Source: Dictyostelium discoideum (taxonomy: Eukaryota). Taken from it: a stretch of DNA of 64,000 bases. The stretch spans positions 3,392,001-3,456,000 of the forward strand of contig CM000151.3 of assembly GCA_000004695.1 (NCBI GenBank), in the 5' to 3' direction. Each line of letters begins with the position of its first letter. Within the stretch, counting starts at the first letter, position 1. The position numbers and the translations under genes are program-made. Under the pieces are notes generated by a model. The model was given only the letters and a program-made list of their open reading frames with translations, was not told the origin of the DNA and made no database searches. This document shows, piece by piece, positions 51,660-64,000 of this stretch.

Positions 51660-53076
51660 AAAACAAAAATGACTTACTTTTATTTATTTTTTATTTTTAT
51701 TTTCATTTTTTTTAAAAAAAAAAAAAATAGTTATTGGAAGAATCTGTTGGACCAAGTGAAACCAGTGAAGGTGATAAAAAACATAACACATCAAAGAATA
51801 GATATACTAATATTTTACCAGTTAATCATACAAGAGTACAATTAAAAAAGATTCAAGATAAAGAAGGTTCAGATTATATTAATGCTAATTATATTGATGT
51901 AAGTATATATTTAATTAATTTTTTTTAATAATATAATTCTAATTTTTTTCTTATTTTTTATTTTTTATTAATAATAAAAAGGGAGCATACCCAAAACAAT
52001 TTATTTGTACACAAGGACCATTACCAAATACAATTGCTGATTTTTGGAGAATGGTATGGGAAAATCGATGTCGTATTATTGTTATGCTTTCAAGAGAGTC
52101 TGAAAACTGTAGAATAAAATGTGATAGATATTGGCCAGAACAAATTGGAGGTGAACAATTTTCAATATATGGTAATGGTAATGAAGTATTTGGCACATAC
52201 AGTGTCGAATTGGTTGAGGTTATCCAAGATCCAGAGAGAGAGATAATCACAAGAAACATTAGACTTACATTTGAGGGTGAGACAAGAGATATCACTCAAT
52301 ATCAATATGAAGGTTGGCCAGATCATAACATCCCAGATCACACTCAACCATTCCGTCAGTTGTTACATAGTATCACAAATCGTCAAAATCAAATCATACC
52401 ATCATCAGATAGAAATGTTCCAATCATCGTTCATTGTAGTGCAGGAGTTGGTAGAACCGGCACCTTTTGTACAGCCGTCATTATGATGAAAAAGTTGGAC
52501 CATTACTTTAAACAATTGGATGCTACTCCAATTGATCAAGTCGTTGATCCTTTCACTCATTTACCAATCACTGAATATCAAAGTGATAATTTAGATTTAA
52601 AAGGACTTGGTTATCATTTTAAATCTTCAATTTATAATAGTAATGGTATAAATAATAATAATAATAATAATTTAAATAATAATAATAATATTAATAATAA
52701 TTCAAATGGTTCAAATAATACGCCACAAACTGAACCAAATAATGAGGAAGATGATGATGACGCAGCAGAATCTGACTTAAAATATGCAATAATGGATAAA
52801 TATAATAGTAGAATCGATTTTAATTTATTTTCAATAGTTTTGAAACTTAGAGAGCAACGTCCTGGAATGGTTCAACAATTAGAACAATATCTATTTTGTT
52901 ATAAAACAATTTTAGACGAAATTTATCATAGATTAAATTGTAAATTAGGTTTTTCTTTACCACATGTTAATAATATCAATAATTATAATAATTATAGTAA
53001 TACTACTACCACCACTACTTCTTCTTTAGCCTCAACTACAATAATTCATCCATCTACAAATAGTAAATTAAATTAA
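51306..53076 (+). CDS. ptpA: Non-receptor protein tyrosine phosphatase, 522 aa, 3 exons, with an Asn-rich insert in the catalytic domain; probably PTP1.
   Basis: Exons 51306..51611, 51731..51898 and 51982..53076, all phase 0, with GTAAGT donors. PTP motifs [32 protein letters not shown]-loop WPDHNIPD, and catalytic [11 protein letters not shown]. The spliced length of 522 aa equals the published size of Dictyostelium PTP1, which is why I give the symbol, with moderate certainty. Confidence 0.75.
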
Positions 53077-53494
53077 TAAATTTTCATATAAATTTTTTTT
53101 TTTTTTTTTTTATTAATTATTAATTTTCATATATATATATTATAAAAATTTGTATATAAAATTATATCTTTTTAAAATAATAACAAACAAAAACAAAAAC
53201 AAAAACAAAAATAACAAAAACAAAACAAACAAATCAACTAATAACAAAAAATGACAAAATTAAACAACAAACTTACAGACATAACATTAAACAATACTTT
53301 GACACATTACTTTATCAAAAAAAAAAATAAAAATAAAATAACTAAAATAATAATGATTAATTTATTAATAAATCATTATTAGTTTTTTCACACATTAAAA
53401 ACTTTTTTTTTTTTTTATAATAAAAAACACCAACACTAAAAAATGTTTTATTTTTAAATTTTCTTTGAAATCAAATTTGATTTCTTTTGTTTTT

Positions 53495-53525
<31 letters not shown>

Positions 53526-53586
53526 CATTGGGTCAAATGGGGAAAAAAAAACTTTTTTTATTTTTTTTATTTATCATCAATTAAAA

Positions 53587-55092
53587 ATGGATTATCAATT
53601 ATTTAAAAAAGTATTTAATAATAAATATTTAAGAAATAAAATATTTGAATCAGTTTCAATAATAAATAAAGAGAATAAATTTATAGTAAAGAAATTTAAT
53701 CAATGTGGAGTTAAATGGATAGTAATGAATAATCATTTTCAATTATTAATTTATATATTTAAAATCCAAGCAAATAAAAGAAAACAATTAACATATCCAT
53801 TATTACAAAGATTTCTAGAATTTAATCAATCAATTGAAATTTTAAAAATTTTAATTTGTCAAGTACCATCATTTTTTGAAAATTTAACACCAATTCAACA
53901 ATTTAATAATTCACAATCATTATTTAGTTCAATGAAATCAAAAAATGAATTAATTATTAAATATTTAATTGAAGAAAAAAGTTTTGAAATTACAAAAATT
54001 TCAATTGATTTTGTGTGTTGTCAAGAAAATTATCAATTTTTTAAATATTTATTATTAATTGATGAAAAATTAAATAAAAATAATAATAATAATAATAATA
54101 AAAATAATAATTTAATAAATAATTCAAATTTTCAACAAATTAATCTTGTAATTAAATTTAATGATTTTGAATTTTTTAAAGAATTAATAGAAAAATCAAA
54201 TAATGTTGAAATTTTAAAAAATTATTTAAAAAATGAAGATACAATTGTATCAATTATAAAAACGTGTGGTAATAATTTAAATTTGGAATTTATAAAATTC
54301 ATTTTTCAAATGTTTAATAATGAACAATTAAAATTAACAACGACAGTTATTATTGAAACTATTAAATTTGGTTCATTTGATTTGTTGAAATTATTATTAG
54401 AAAATCAAGATTATTTTAGTAATAAATTCAGTTCAATTAAAACTTCACCATTTATAAATAAATATTGTTTTTTATATTTATTAGTATACAGATGTGATAA
54501 AGAAATTTTAGATTATTATTGCAAAAAATTGAATTTATTTAATAATACCACCGCCACCGATGATGAAGATGACGATTTATCGTTAAAAGAGACAATTGGG
54601 GATATAGAAGTTTATGAAAAACTATCAAATTTTAAAAATGGTAAAACTTGTATTATTTCATTCATTGGTGATATTTCATCAAACATTTGTTATGACCATA
54701 ATCAATCGTCATTGGAAATGATGAAATATTTAAGTGGAAACCAATACTTTAATTCAATATTTACAATAACCACAACCGTTATGGATAATGCGTTGTTTTC
54801 AGGTAGGTTCGATATTTTCAATTGGTTAGTTAAGAATGGTAATCAAGGTTGTTCAGATAAAGGTTTCCATTTTTGTTGTAGAAATATGCCACAATATCGA
54901 TTTCAATTGGCTACTATTTTAGAGAAATTCAGATCAAATTTTAGTGATGATGTAATTTTAAATTCAATTTCTTCAAATGATTATTTTAGATTAGATAAAA
55001 AGAATCATAATTATTTATCTTCATTTTTACCACAACATTTAAAACCTGATTTTCCAATGGAATATACACCAATTAAAACTAAATATTTATAA
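53587..55092 (+). CDS. Hypothetical protein, 501 aa, single exon.
   Basis: Long ORF with Dictyostelium codon usage and a poly-N tract. No motif I can name. Confidence 0.5.
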   Translation: MDYQLFKKVFNNKYLRNKIFESVSIINKENKFIVKKFNQCGVKWIVMNNHFQLLIYIFKIQANKRKQLTYPLLQRFLEFNQSIEILKILICQVPSFFENLTPIQQFNNSQSLFSSMKSKNELIIKYLIEEKSFEITKISIDFVCCQENYQFFKYLLLIDEKLNKNNNNNNNKNNNLINNSNFQQINLVIKFNDFEFFKELIEKSNNVEILKNYLKNEDTIVSIIKTCGNNLNLEFIKFIFQMFNNEQLKLTTTVIIETIKFGSFDLLKLLLENQDYFSNKFSSIKTSPFINKYCFLYLLVYRCDKEILDYYCKKLNLFNNTTATDDEDDDLSLKETIGDIEVYEKLSNFKNGKTCIISFIGDISSNICYDHNQSSLEMMKYLSGNQYFNSIFTITTTVMDNALFSGRFDIFNWLVKNGNQGCSDKGFHFCCRNMPQYRFQLATILEKFRSNFSDDVILNSISSNDYFRLDKKNHNYLSSFLPQHLKPDFPMEYTPIKTKYL

Positions 55093-55161
55093 ATAAAATT
55101 ATTATTATTATTTTTTATTAAAAAATGAAAAAAAATATTCTGTATAAGAACCATGATAATC

Positions 55162-55192
<31 letters not shown>

Positions 55193-55236
55193 ATTAGAAA
55201 ATGTTTGTTTGTGTGAATAATAAAAATTTAAGGTGT

Positions 55237-55804
55237 TTAGGATTTGTATGGGGGGTGACATTGTTTTTGTTTTTTTTTTATAAAAAATTTAAAAAAAAGA
55301 TACATACTTAAATGATTTTCAAATTTTTCTAAACAATAATCTATTTCTTCATAGGTTTCTATATATTCATCACATTTCTTACATGAACCACCTAAAACTC
55401 CACTACATGTTGCTGATTGAATAAAATGATTATAAAAAAATGTATGACCTTCCTTATCTTGAATATATTTTTTACCTTTTATTCTTATATAATTGTTTTT
55501 TGGTTTTTTTTTAATATCATTTTCTAAATGAGTATCTTTTAAAATAATTTTTTGTAAAATTAAATAATTAATATATTTTTTTTTTTTTTTTATTAAATTT
55601 GGAAAAAATAAAAAAAATATATAACATACTAATATGAAAAACAAAATCATTAAGTTCAAAATTTCTTTTTGAATAGGTTTTAAAAATAGAATTACATCTT
55701 TTACATTGACCAATTACACAATCATTTTCACTGTATTCAATTTCTTTAAAATACATATTAAACCAATCAAAATCTTCAATATAATTTTTTTTTCTTTCTT
55801 CCAT
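55237..55804 (-). CDS. Hypothetical small Cys-containing protein of about 157 aa built from two similar CxxxxC..C half-domains; 2 exons.
   Basis: Exons 55804..55630 and 55535..55237, with GTATGT donor and AAAAG acceptor, phase 1. Halves IEYSENDCVIGQCKRCNSIFKTY and IQSATCSGVLGGSCKKCDEYIETY. The 3' terminal exon end is uncertain. Confidence 0.4.
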
Positions 55805-55805
55805 T

Positions 55806-55868
55806 ATTTAATTATAAAATAAAATAAAATAAAATAAAATAAAATAAAATAAAATAAAATAAAATAAA
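55806..55868. repeat. (AAAAT)n microsatellite of about 12 units.
   Basis: Directly visible, just upstream of the minus-strand gene start at 55804. Confidence 0.9.
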
Positions 55869-56075
55869 ATAAAATAAAAAAAAAAAATTAAAAAAAAAAG
55901 GAAAAAAAAAAAAAATGGAAAAAAAGTGAAAAAAAAAAATGATCAGATATGATTTGTTTAAAATAAAATAAAAACTAAAAAAAGAATTTCAGAATTATCA
56001 GATAATGAAATGAGTTTGAAAATTTATTATTTATTATTTACTATTTATTTTTTATTTTTTTTTTTGAATAATTTG

Positions 56076-56140
<65 letters not shown>

Positions 56141-56335
56141 GATTACTTGATTGTAGATTAATTATTTTTTTTACACGTTTTTATAAATCTGTATTTATAA
56201 TACGATGCATGTTGTTTGGGAGTATTTATTTATTTCTGAAATTACCCATATATTTATATTTTTTTTGATTGATTATATATATAAATAATATTCTACATTT
56301 AAACCAAAACACCATTATTTTTAAGAATTATACCC

Positions 56336-56381
<46 letters not shown>

Positions 56382-56681
56382 TTTTTATATACTAATTTCT
56401 CTGCATTAAATAATTTAAATACCGTTTAGGATGAATCATAAATAACAACACCCATTTTATTTATTATTTTTATGTTTTTTTTTTTTTTTTTTTTAAATTT
56501 ATTTTTTTTTTTATTTTTATTTATTTTTTCTAACACATTATTATTTTAAAGTGGGGGTTCTTGTTACTGTTTTGTTTATATGTGCAAAAATGCATATATA
56601 CTGGTGTGTTAGATTGAATATTTTTACAAATTAAATAATTCTAAATATATATAAAAATTTGTATTATTGTTTAAAAATTTG

Positions 56682-56718
<37 letters not shown>

Positions 56719-56972
56719 AAAAACAATGATTACAATTTTTGTCTTTAATTATTTATTATTAAAATACTAAATATTAAAAAATTAAATTTATATGAATATT
56801 TAAAAAAAAAAATTTATAAAAAACAAAAAATAATAAAAATTAAAAATATTATATAAAAAATAATAGAATAAAAAAAATAAATAAAAAAAAAAAAAAAAAA
56901 ATATCCAAATAAAAATAAAAAAATATAAAAAAAAAAATAAAATAAAATAAAAAAAAAAAAGAAAAAAAGAGA

Positions 56973-58296
56973 ATGGTACAATTAATTAATATTAATGAAG
57001 ATCAAAATCAAATAAGAGATGAATTTTTTGTAGATAATGAAAGTGATGAAAATAATAATTTTGGGGATGATAATTTATATGAAGAAGAAGAAGGAGAAGA
57101 AAATGAAGAAGAGGAAGGAAAATTTGAAGAAGAGGAAGATGAAGAAGATGATTATAGTTCAAAATTTGATACTGAATATAAAAAAATCTTAAAACTTGCA
57201 AATGAAACTAATAGTAAAACCGATATAACAGTTAAAATTGAAATTACAACTTATAATAGAAATTATAGAAATTTAATAAATAATAATGAAAACAACAATA
57301 TTATTAATAGTGATGATAATAATTTATATAAAAAGTTAGAAAAAAAACATTTTTTAAGATTTAAAGATAAACCAATTAAAGTTGGTGAATTATCAGAACA
57401 AGTTGAAGTATTATGTTATGGTGATAGTTATAATTCAATATTATTAGAAGGTACAGTTCCAAAGTTTTTAAAAATTATTGAATTTGGTGAACAATTTAAT
57501 AAACATATTCCAAAAGGCTTCTTTCAAAATGAAGGTGGTAATTTACATAGAATTGAATTTGGAAAGAAGTATAATATGCCAATTGGTGAAGGAGTGATAC
57601 CAAATACTGTGATAACCATTATATTTGGTGATGAATTTAATTGGTTTTTACCGGCAAATGTTATTCCATTGGGAGTTATCAAAATTCAATTTGGTAATGA
57701 CTATACTGCACCATTCGTTAAGGATTCAATTCCATCAACTGTCAGATTCTTGCAATTGGGTAATAAGTATAATTTACCTTTAAAATGGTCCCCAATTCCA
57801 AAAGTTTTATACCATTTAACATTTGGTGATTCATTTAATCAAATCATTGAACCAGGTGATTTATCACCATTTTTAACTTATTTAAAATTTGGAAATGATT
57901 TCAATCAAAAATTATCCATCCCTTCAAAAGTTTCAATACTGTCATTTGGTGATAGTTTTAATCAAGATATTATAATTAATGGCACTGGTGCAACCATTTT
58001 ACCAAAAGATACTTTAAAATCAATTACATTTGGTAATGATTTTAATAAATCATTAGGAAATTTATCACAATTTTATCAATTAACTTTTATTAAATTTGGA
58101 AATGACTTTAATCAACCATTATTAAATTTACCCCCAAATTTAATTGAAATTGAATTTGGTATAAATTTTAATAAACCATTACCATCAATACTTCCATCAA
58201 CAATTAAATCAATAACATTACCAAAATCTTATAACTTACCATTACCAAAACCATTACCAAATGATCAATCAACAAATTCAACAATTTTATCAAATG

Positions 58297-58340
<44 letters not shown>

Positions 58341-58406
58341 TCCAATACAATCACTTTAATATCAACTACAACTACAACAACTACATATATTATTAATAAT
58401 AATTAA
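56973..58406 (+). CDS. FNIP-repeat-containing protein (Dictyostelium FNIP repeat family), 477 aa.
   Basis: At least 12 tandem repeats of about 22 aa of type FG(N/D)xFNQ.I....IP..L..L, e.g. FGDSFNQII, FGNDFNQKL, FGNDFNQPL and FGINFNKPL. Acidic N-terminus. Confidence 0.8.
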
Positions 58407-58553
58407 AAAAAAAAAAAAAAAATTAAAATTAAAATTAAATAGTAATAAAAAAAAATAATAAAACAAAAATTAATTTAAAAAAAAAATTTTATTCTTTTAA
58501 CTTTTTTTAATAAATATATATATATAAATTAAAATTTAATTTTTTAAAAAATT

Positions 58554-59092
58554 TTAATTAATTAAATTATTTAAAACTAATTTATGATATTTAATTTGTA
58601 ATAAAACATGTTTAAAAATTGATTTCTTTTTTTCTAAATCAAATTCTAATTTATCATTCCTTTTTAAATTTTTTTCATACTTTTTTATATCTTTTTTAAT
58701 TTGTTTTTCATTTCTTTGAACAATATCTAATAATAATTTGAAAGTGTTTATAACAGAATTTAAACATTTAGCCGAAGAAATTGTTGATGGTTTTCCAAAT
58801 GATTTTGAAATATCAATAATTTCATTATGTGAAAATTGTGATTCCCATTTTAAATCGTTTTTATTGGCACATAATATAATGGGTATATTATCTTTAAATG
58901 GGAATGCTTCTTTAATTAAATCTCTATATTTATAAATTGAATCATATGAATCTCTATCAGATATTGAATACATTATTACAAAACAATCACATTGTTTAAT
59001 TGTATCTAATAATATACTTTCCATCTCAATTGATCCGGCTTTTTTTTAATAATAAAAAAATAATAATAAAAAAAATATCAATATTAATATTG

Positions 59093-59124
<32 letters not shown>

Positions 59125-59321
59125 CAAACAAAAAAATATTTACCTGTATCATATATATTTAAATTATATAAAACTTTATATGAAAATAGTTTTGTAAATT
59201 TTGATTCTATTGTGGGGCTATATTTTTCGTCATCAAAAAAAGAATTTACCATTGTGTGTATTGTGCTTGTCTTTCCAACACATTTATCTCCTAAAAAACA
59301 AATATTCAATTTTTTGCACAT
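58554..59321 (-). CDS. Ras-superfamily small GTPase, atypical, 220 aa; 2 exons.
   Basis: Exons 59321..59144 and 59038..58554, with GTAAAT donor, phase 1. G1 GDKCVGKTS, G2 YSPTIE, G3 DTAGS split across the intron with Ser where the catalytic Gln normally sits, G4 NKND and G5 SAK, then a basic/coiled C-terminal extension with no CAAX box. Confidence 0.75.
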
Positions 59322-59335
59322 TTTATTTTTTTTTT

Positions 59336-59400
59336 TTTTTATTTTTAATTTATTTTTAATTTATTTTTAATTTATTTTTAATTTATTTTTAATTTATTTT
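59336..59400. repeat. Tandem 12-mer (atttttaatttatttttaattt...) x5 immediately upstream of the GTPase start.
   Basis: Directly visible. Confidence 0.8.
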
Positions 59401-60372
59401 TTTGTATATGTGAAATTTTTATTTAATTAATTAATCTTTTATTTATTTTGATCAATTGCTTAATAATAAATAATTTTGAAAATTATTATTATTTCTATTA
59501 TTAAAAATAAAAAAAATAAAAACAGTAATAATAAAAAAAAACAATAATTAAAAATAAATAATAAATAAATAATTTTTATTATTAATAATAATAATTTGAT
59601 TATATCAAGATTTGTTGAAGAAAAAAATTTAAAAAAAAAAAAATAAAATAAAAAAAAGATAAACAATTTAATTGTTGCTGTGTGGGAGCATTGTTATAAT
59701 TGCTATAAATATATTTTTTATTTTCAATTTTTTTTTTTATTATTTATTAATTATTTATTTTTTTTTTTTTTTGTGTGTACATTTGGGGAACTAACCCACC
59801 TTTTTTACACCTTCAAAAAAAAAAAAAAAAATAAACTAAAAATTGAAAATCCATTTTTATAATTTCAGGTATTTTGTTGTAATCATTGTTGGTGCTATTT
59901 AGGTAACTGATATGTTAGAAATAGGGTGTGGTCTTAAATATAATTTTTTACTTTAATAAAAATTAGAATATGTTTATATAAATTTTTTAATTTACTAAAT
60001 ATGGCAATAAATCCCCTAAAATTGTAAGTGGGTGTTGTGTTGTTGCAATATTAAATCAAATTTGATATTTTCAATATATCCAAAATAACAAAGAAAACAA
60101 ATAAAACAATAAAACAACTCCCAAAAAAAAAAAAAATAAAAATAAAAAAAATAAAAATAAAAATGAAAAAAAAAACAAGTAAACACACACAAAAATAATA
60201 AATCACACACACACACTATCACAAATATCAATTGATAAAAATAAAAATGAACAAATTTCTAAATTAATTAATTAATTAATTAAAAATAAACCAATTTCTA
60301 AAAATAAAGTACAATCAATAAATAATTATTTATTTATTTATTTATTTTTTGAAATATAATTATTATTTTGTT

Positions 60373-61482
60373 TTATTTTGATTTATTTTTATTTATTATT
60401 ACTTTATCGATTTCATAAATTTGATTTGAATAATTTATTAAAGTGATAGAATGTATAATAAAAGTTATTGTGAAAATGATATCAATTATTGGTAAAACAT
60501 TTGCAATTGCTTGATAAGTTGAAATTGCAAGTGAAAAAGTTGGAGATACTCCATCTAAAGCTAATTTCCAAAATCCACTTGATATTGTTATACTATAATA
60601 AACCAATGTAATTGAAAAATAATACATTGTTGAATAATAAATGAATTGTGCGAATGAATCATTTAATTTTGTTATAACAATATCTTTTGAAATCTCTAAA
60701 TTAAACAATTCAAATGTTACTTTATTTTTAATTGCTGTTGTTGTTGTTGAATGATTATCTAAAAATGAATTTCTTGAAATTTGTAAATTCTTTGATCTAG
60801 TTCTAATATTTAATAATAAATAACCAAATGAAATTAAAGATAATAATGAAAATATTAAAACTTTTTTACTCTTTCCTGATTCAATATTTGATGTTTCAAA
60901 TAATGATGATTGTAAAATCATAAATAGTAAACTAAATATCCAAACCAATGCTATCAATTCAACGATTGCAACTCTTCTACCTTTGAAAATTGTATTTAAT
61001 AATTTATTTCTAATTTCATTTATAATTCCACCATTATTAATTTCGTTTTCAGATTTCTTATAAACTATACCATATAGTTTATATGATATTATAAAATATA
61101 ATGCAAATGTTATAAATGATATAAATAAGTAAAAGTGAAATGAATTTAATGTTGATGATGTTGTTATCGATGATATTGTTGATAATGATTTTAATAATTT
61201 ACTGAAATAAAATGAATTTTTTGAATAATTATATTTTTGATTATCAATAAAATTTAAAAAATCTGTTAAAAATAATGATGAAAAGAAAACTTTAACAATA
61301 CAACATAATGAAATAATTATTGTTTTTGGTGATCTATATCTTTTAAAAATAATGAAAAAACAAAATAATAAAGCTATTATTATATAATATAAAAAGAATG
61401 ATCCATTTAAGAATAAATGATAATAATCATTCTTTGATGTTGTTATGAATTGTGAAACCGCTAACTTTTTGGTTAGTGTCAT
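60373..61482 (-). CDS. Hypothetical multi-pass membrane protein (about 7 predicted TM helices), 369 aa.
   Basis: Single ORF with alternating hydrophobic 20-aa stretches and short polar loops. No recognised family motif. Confidence 0.5.
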   Translation of the reverse strand: MTLTKKLAVSQFITTSKNDYYHLFLNGSFFLYYIIIALLFCFFIIFKRYRSPKTIIISLCCIVKVFFSSLFLTDFLNFIDNQKYNYSKNSFYFSKLLKSLSTISSITTSSTLNSFHFYLFISFITFALYFIISYKLYGIVYKKSENEINNGGIINEIRNKLLNTIFKGRRVAIVELIALVWIFSLLFMILQSSLFETSNIESGKSKKVLIFSLLSLISFGYLLLNIRTRSKNLQISRNSFLDNHSTTTTAIKNKVTFELFNLEISKDIVITKLNDSFAQFIYYSTMYYFSITLVYYSITISSGFWKLALDGVSPTFSLAISTYQAIANVLPIIDIIFTITFIIHSITLINYSNQIYEIDKVIINKNKSK

Positions 61483-62254
61483 TGTTTTTTATTGACTATT
61501 AAGTTTGTTTTTTTAATTTTAAAATTGGAAGTAGGAAAAGTAAATTAAAAAAAAAAAAAATTAAAAAAAAAAAAAAAAAAATAAAAAAAAATGAAAAAAA
61601 TAATTTAATGCAGAAATTTTTCTGTTTATTATTTTTTTATTTTTATTATTTTTTAAACTAAATTTTGAATTTAGTTTATTCATATGAATAAAAAACAAAT
61701 TAAATCATTATTAAAAAAAAAAAAAAAAAAAAAAAAAACTTCAATTTTTTAAAGTGTCAAATTTATATTTGAAAGTTTTTATTACTGTGAAAACAAATTA
61801 CATATGATATAATACATTTAATCATTCTATTTTTTGGATTTTTTTTTTTTCTTTTTTTTTTTTTTAATCAAAAAATTTTCTTATAATTATAAAAAAAAAA
61901 AAAAAAAAATGGCTTTGTCTAAACGAAATCAAAAAGATTTTCTTTAAAAAATAACAATCAAAAAAAAGATATTTTTTTTAGTGGTAAAATGGGTTTAATT
62001 ATTTTAAAAAAAAAAAGATATTTTATTTAAATAATTTTTGCACCAACACCACAAATCCAATTTTTATCATAAATAATCTTATATGAAAAATTTTTATTTT
62101 TTTTTTTTTTATTTTTATTTTTTTATTTTTTTTTTTTTGTACAGGGCTAAAAATAGTACTAATCAAAAATAATAAAAATAAAAAATTTAAATATAAAATA
62201 GTTTTTTTTTTTTTTTTTTTTTTTACAAAAAATAATTAAGAAATAAATTAAAAA

Positions 62255-63902
62255 ATGAAAATTTCAATTTTATTAATTATCTGTATAATTTATTTATCAA
62301 TTTCAAATGTTAAATCATATGGAGAATCTGATAATTCTGGTTATCCAAATTATCAAGAAAGAGAAGCTCACACAATGATGAATGTTGTTCGTCAATTGCC
62401 AACAAAATATAGAGATACTTTTATGACTGGATATTCTGGTTACCAAAATTTATTTACCACATCAACAGCTTTACCACCAACTACACCAGTTTATTATAAT
62501 CAAACATTAGGTTATCTTGCAAGATCACACTCTTCAGAAATGGGCATTAAAGGTTATTTTAGTGTAAATAGTTAAAAATTTATTATTATTTCTTTTATTT
62601 TAAAATATTTTTTTAAATAATCAATAATTAATATTTATTTATTTTATTTTATTATTATTAAAAATGTTAAGCATAACAGCTATGATGGAACTTCTTGGAG
62701 TACTCGTTTCGATTCCTTTGTTGCCGGTTGTCAATCTGCAGGAAATTCAATTGCTGAGAATATTGCAGCAGGAGGGGTATCAGGAATCGGAACAACTAGT
62801 CAATTACTTTGTGATGCTGTTTCTGGTGTTTGTGTAGTTGATACAAGCTCTGATGCTGGACACCGTAAGAATATAATGGGAAACTATAAAATCGTTGGTA
62901 TTGGTTTTTACTATAACTCAAGTAGTCAATATGGAAATTATTGGACCCAAGATTTTGATAATGGTAATTTTAGTTTTTTTTTTTTTTTTTTTTTTAATTT
63001 GTTTATTTAAAGTTGTTAACATTTGTTTTATTTAATTTAATTTAAATTTTTTTTTTTTTTTTTTTTTAAAAATAATTTTATTGATTGATTAATTATTTTT
63101 ATTCTTATTACTATTATTATTTTATTAAGGTATTTGTGGATTACCAACTACTCCAATTTATTCAGGATTCCATACTTTCTTCTTTGGAGCAAATGCACCA
63201 AATTATTATTTATCATATTATAGTTCAACAGATGCAGCAAGTAAAGTATCATTTATTTTTGAAAATGGAACATCAATTGATATGACATTATTTGGTGGTA
63301 CAGCCAATTCTGGTATTTATACAACTTCAACAGTTTATCAAGTGTGTGCTAAATATTATTTCTCTGTCACAAGTGCAAGTGGTAAAACATATAGGTATCC
63401 AGATACTGGTTATTTACAATTAACTAAAGCCAGTACATGTGCTTCTTGGGTTGCCTCTTCATCTAGTTCAACCACATCTACTACATCAACCTCATCAACT
63501 ACCTCCAAACCAACTACTACATCAACCACATCAACTACATCAACAACATCAACAACATCAACTACCTCTAAACCAACAACTACATCAACAACATCAACTA
63601 CATCAACTACCTCTAAACCAACAACCACATCAACTACATCAACTACATCAACTACATCAACTACTTCCAAACCAACTACTACATCAACCACATCAACTAC
63701 TTCCAAAACAACTACTGGTTCATCAACAACAACAACTGGTTCATCAACAACAACTGGTTCATCAACAACCACATCATCACCATCAACTACAGATACTCAA
63801 ACAGAATCTCTTGAGGATGGATCAACACCATCAAGCTCTAACACTGTAAAATCATCATTATTAATTGTATTGGTATCACTTGTATTATTAATTGCTTTCT
63901 AA
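62255..63902 (+). CDS. Secreted CAP/SCP-like-domain protein with a mucin-like (TSTTSKPTTTST)n stalk and a C-terminal GPI-anchor-type hydrophobic tail; 3 exons.
   Basis: Exons 62255..62563, 62672..62963 and 63130..63902, with GTAAAT and GTAATT donors. Signal peptide MKISILLIICIIYLSISNVKS. Exon 2 has GHRKNIMGNYKIVGIGFY...NYWTQDF, resembling the CAP-domain C-terminal HYTQVVW motif. Twelve or more Thr/Ser repeats, then a hydrophobic terminus LLIVLVSLVLLIAF. Confidence 0.55.
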
Positions 63903-64000
63903 ACAAGAAAAAAAACAAAAAGAAATTATCCAACTCTAAAATGCATTACCATTTATATATATATTTATTTATTTATTTATTTATTTAATCAATAAATTAA

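Overview
This window is almost certainly nuclear DNA from Dictyostelium discoideum or a close dictyostelid. It is about 22-25% GC, with long poly(A)/poly(T) runs, poly-Asn/poly-Gln coding tracts, and short AT-rich introns carrying GTAAGT/GTATGT donors and (T)n-AG acceptors. It is eukaryotic, so there are no operons, no CRISPR arrays and no convincing tRNA or rRNA genes. I can support about 22 protein-coding genes, several multi-exon, with splice sites worked out by hand: a Sen34 tRNA-splicing endonuclease subunit, a hotdog thioesterase, an ABCG/PDR transporter, a D-amino-acid oxidase, a MIO-type aromatic ammonia-lyase, a DyP-type peroxidase, a secreted NHL-like protein, a roughly 2300-aa Nup205/Nup192-like protein, an EGF/TM surface protein, COQ10, the cytosolic NDP kinase (ndkC, exact match to the known 155-aa protein), a ZIP metal transporter, a large protein with a mitochondrial-type presequence, the ER Hsp70 Grp170/ORP150 ending in HDEL, a PDAP1/HASPP28 phosphoprotein, a 522-aa protein tyrosine phosphatase (probably PTP1/ptpA), a FNIP-repeat protein, an atypical Ras-superfamily GTPase, a CAP-domain mucin-like GPI protein, and several hypotheticals. 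The most interesting signals are: (1) an intronless block of three bacterial-type enzymes (DAAO, ammonia-lyase, DyP) among intron-containing neighbours; (2) the lyase carrying a PAL-type Phe-Leu substrate-selectivity switch instead of the Ser-His of true histidine ammonia-lyases, and sharing a divergent promoter holding a 19-bp-arm palindrome with the DyP gene; (3) a degenerate 430-bp copy of a gene 3' end lying 5 kb upstream of its parent; (4) two in-frame anomalies, a stop codon followed by 57 clean coding-like codons and a T-homopolymer frameshift, that look like readthrough or sequencing errors; (5) several tandem repeats, shared intergenic motifs, CA-rich boxes and ORF-free segments that may be regulatory or non-coding RNA. 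Coordinates derived from hand-counting may be off by 1-2 nt.
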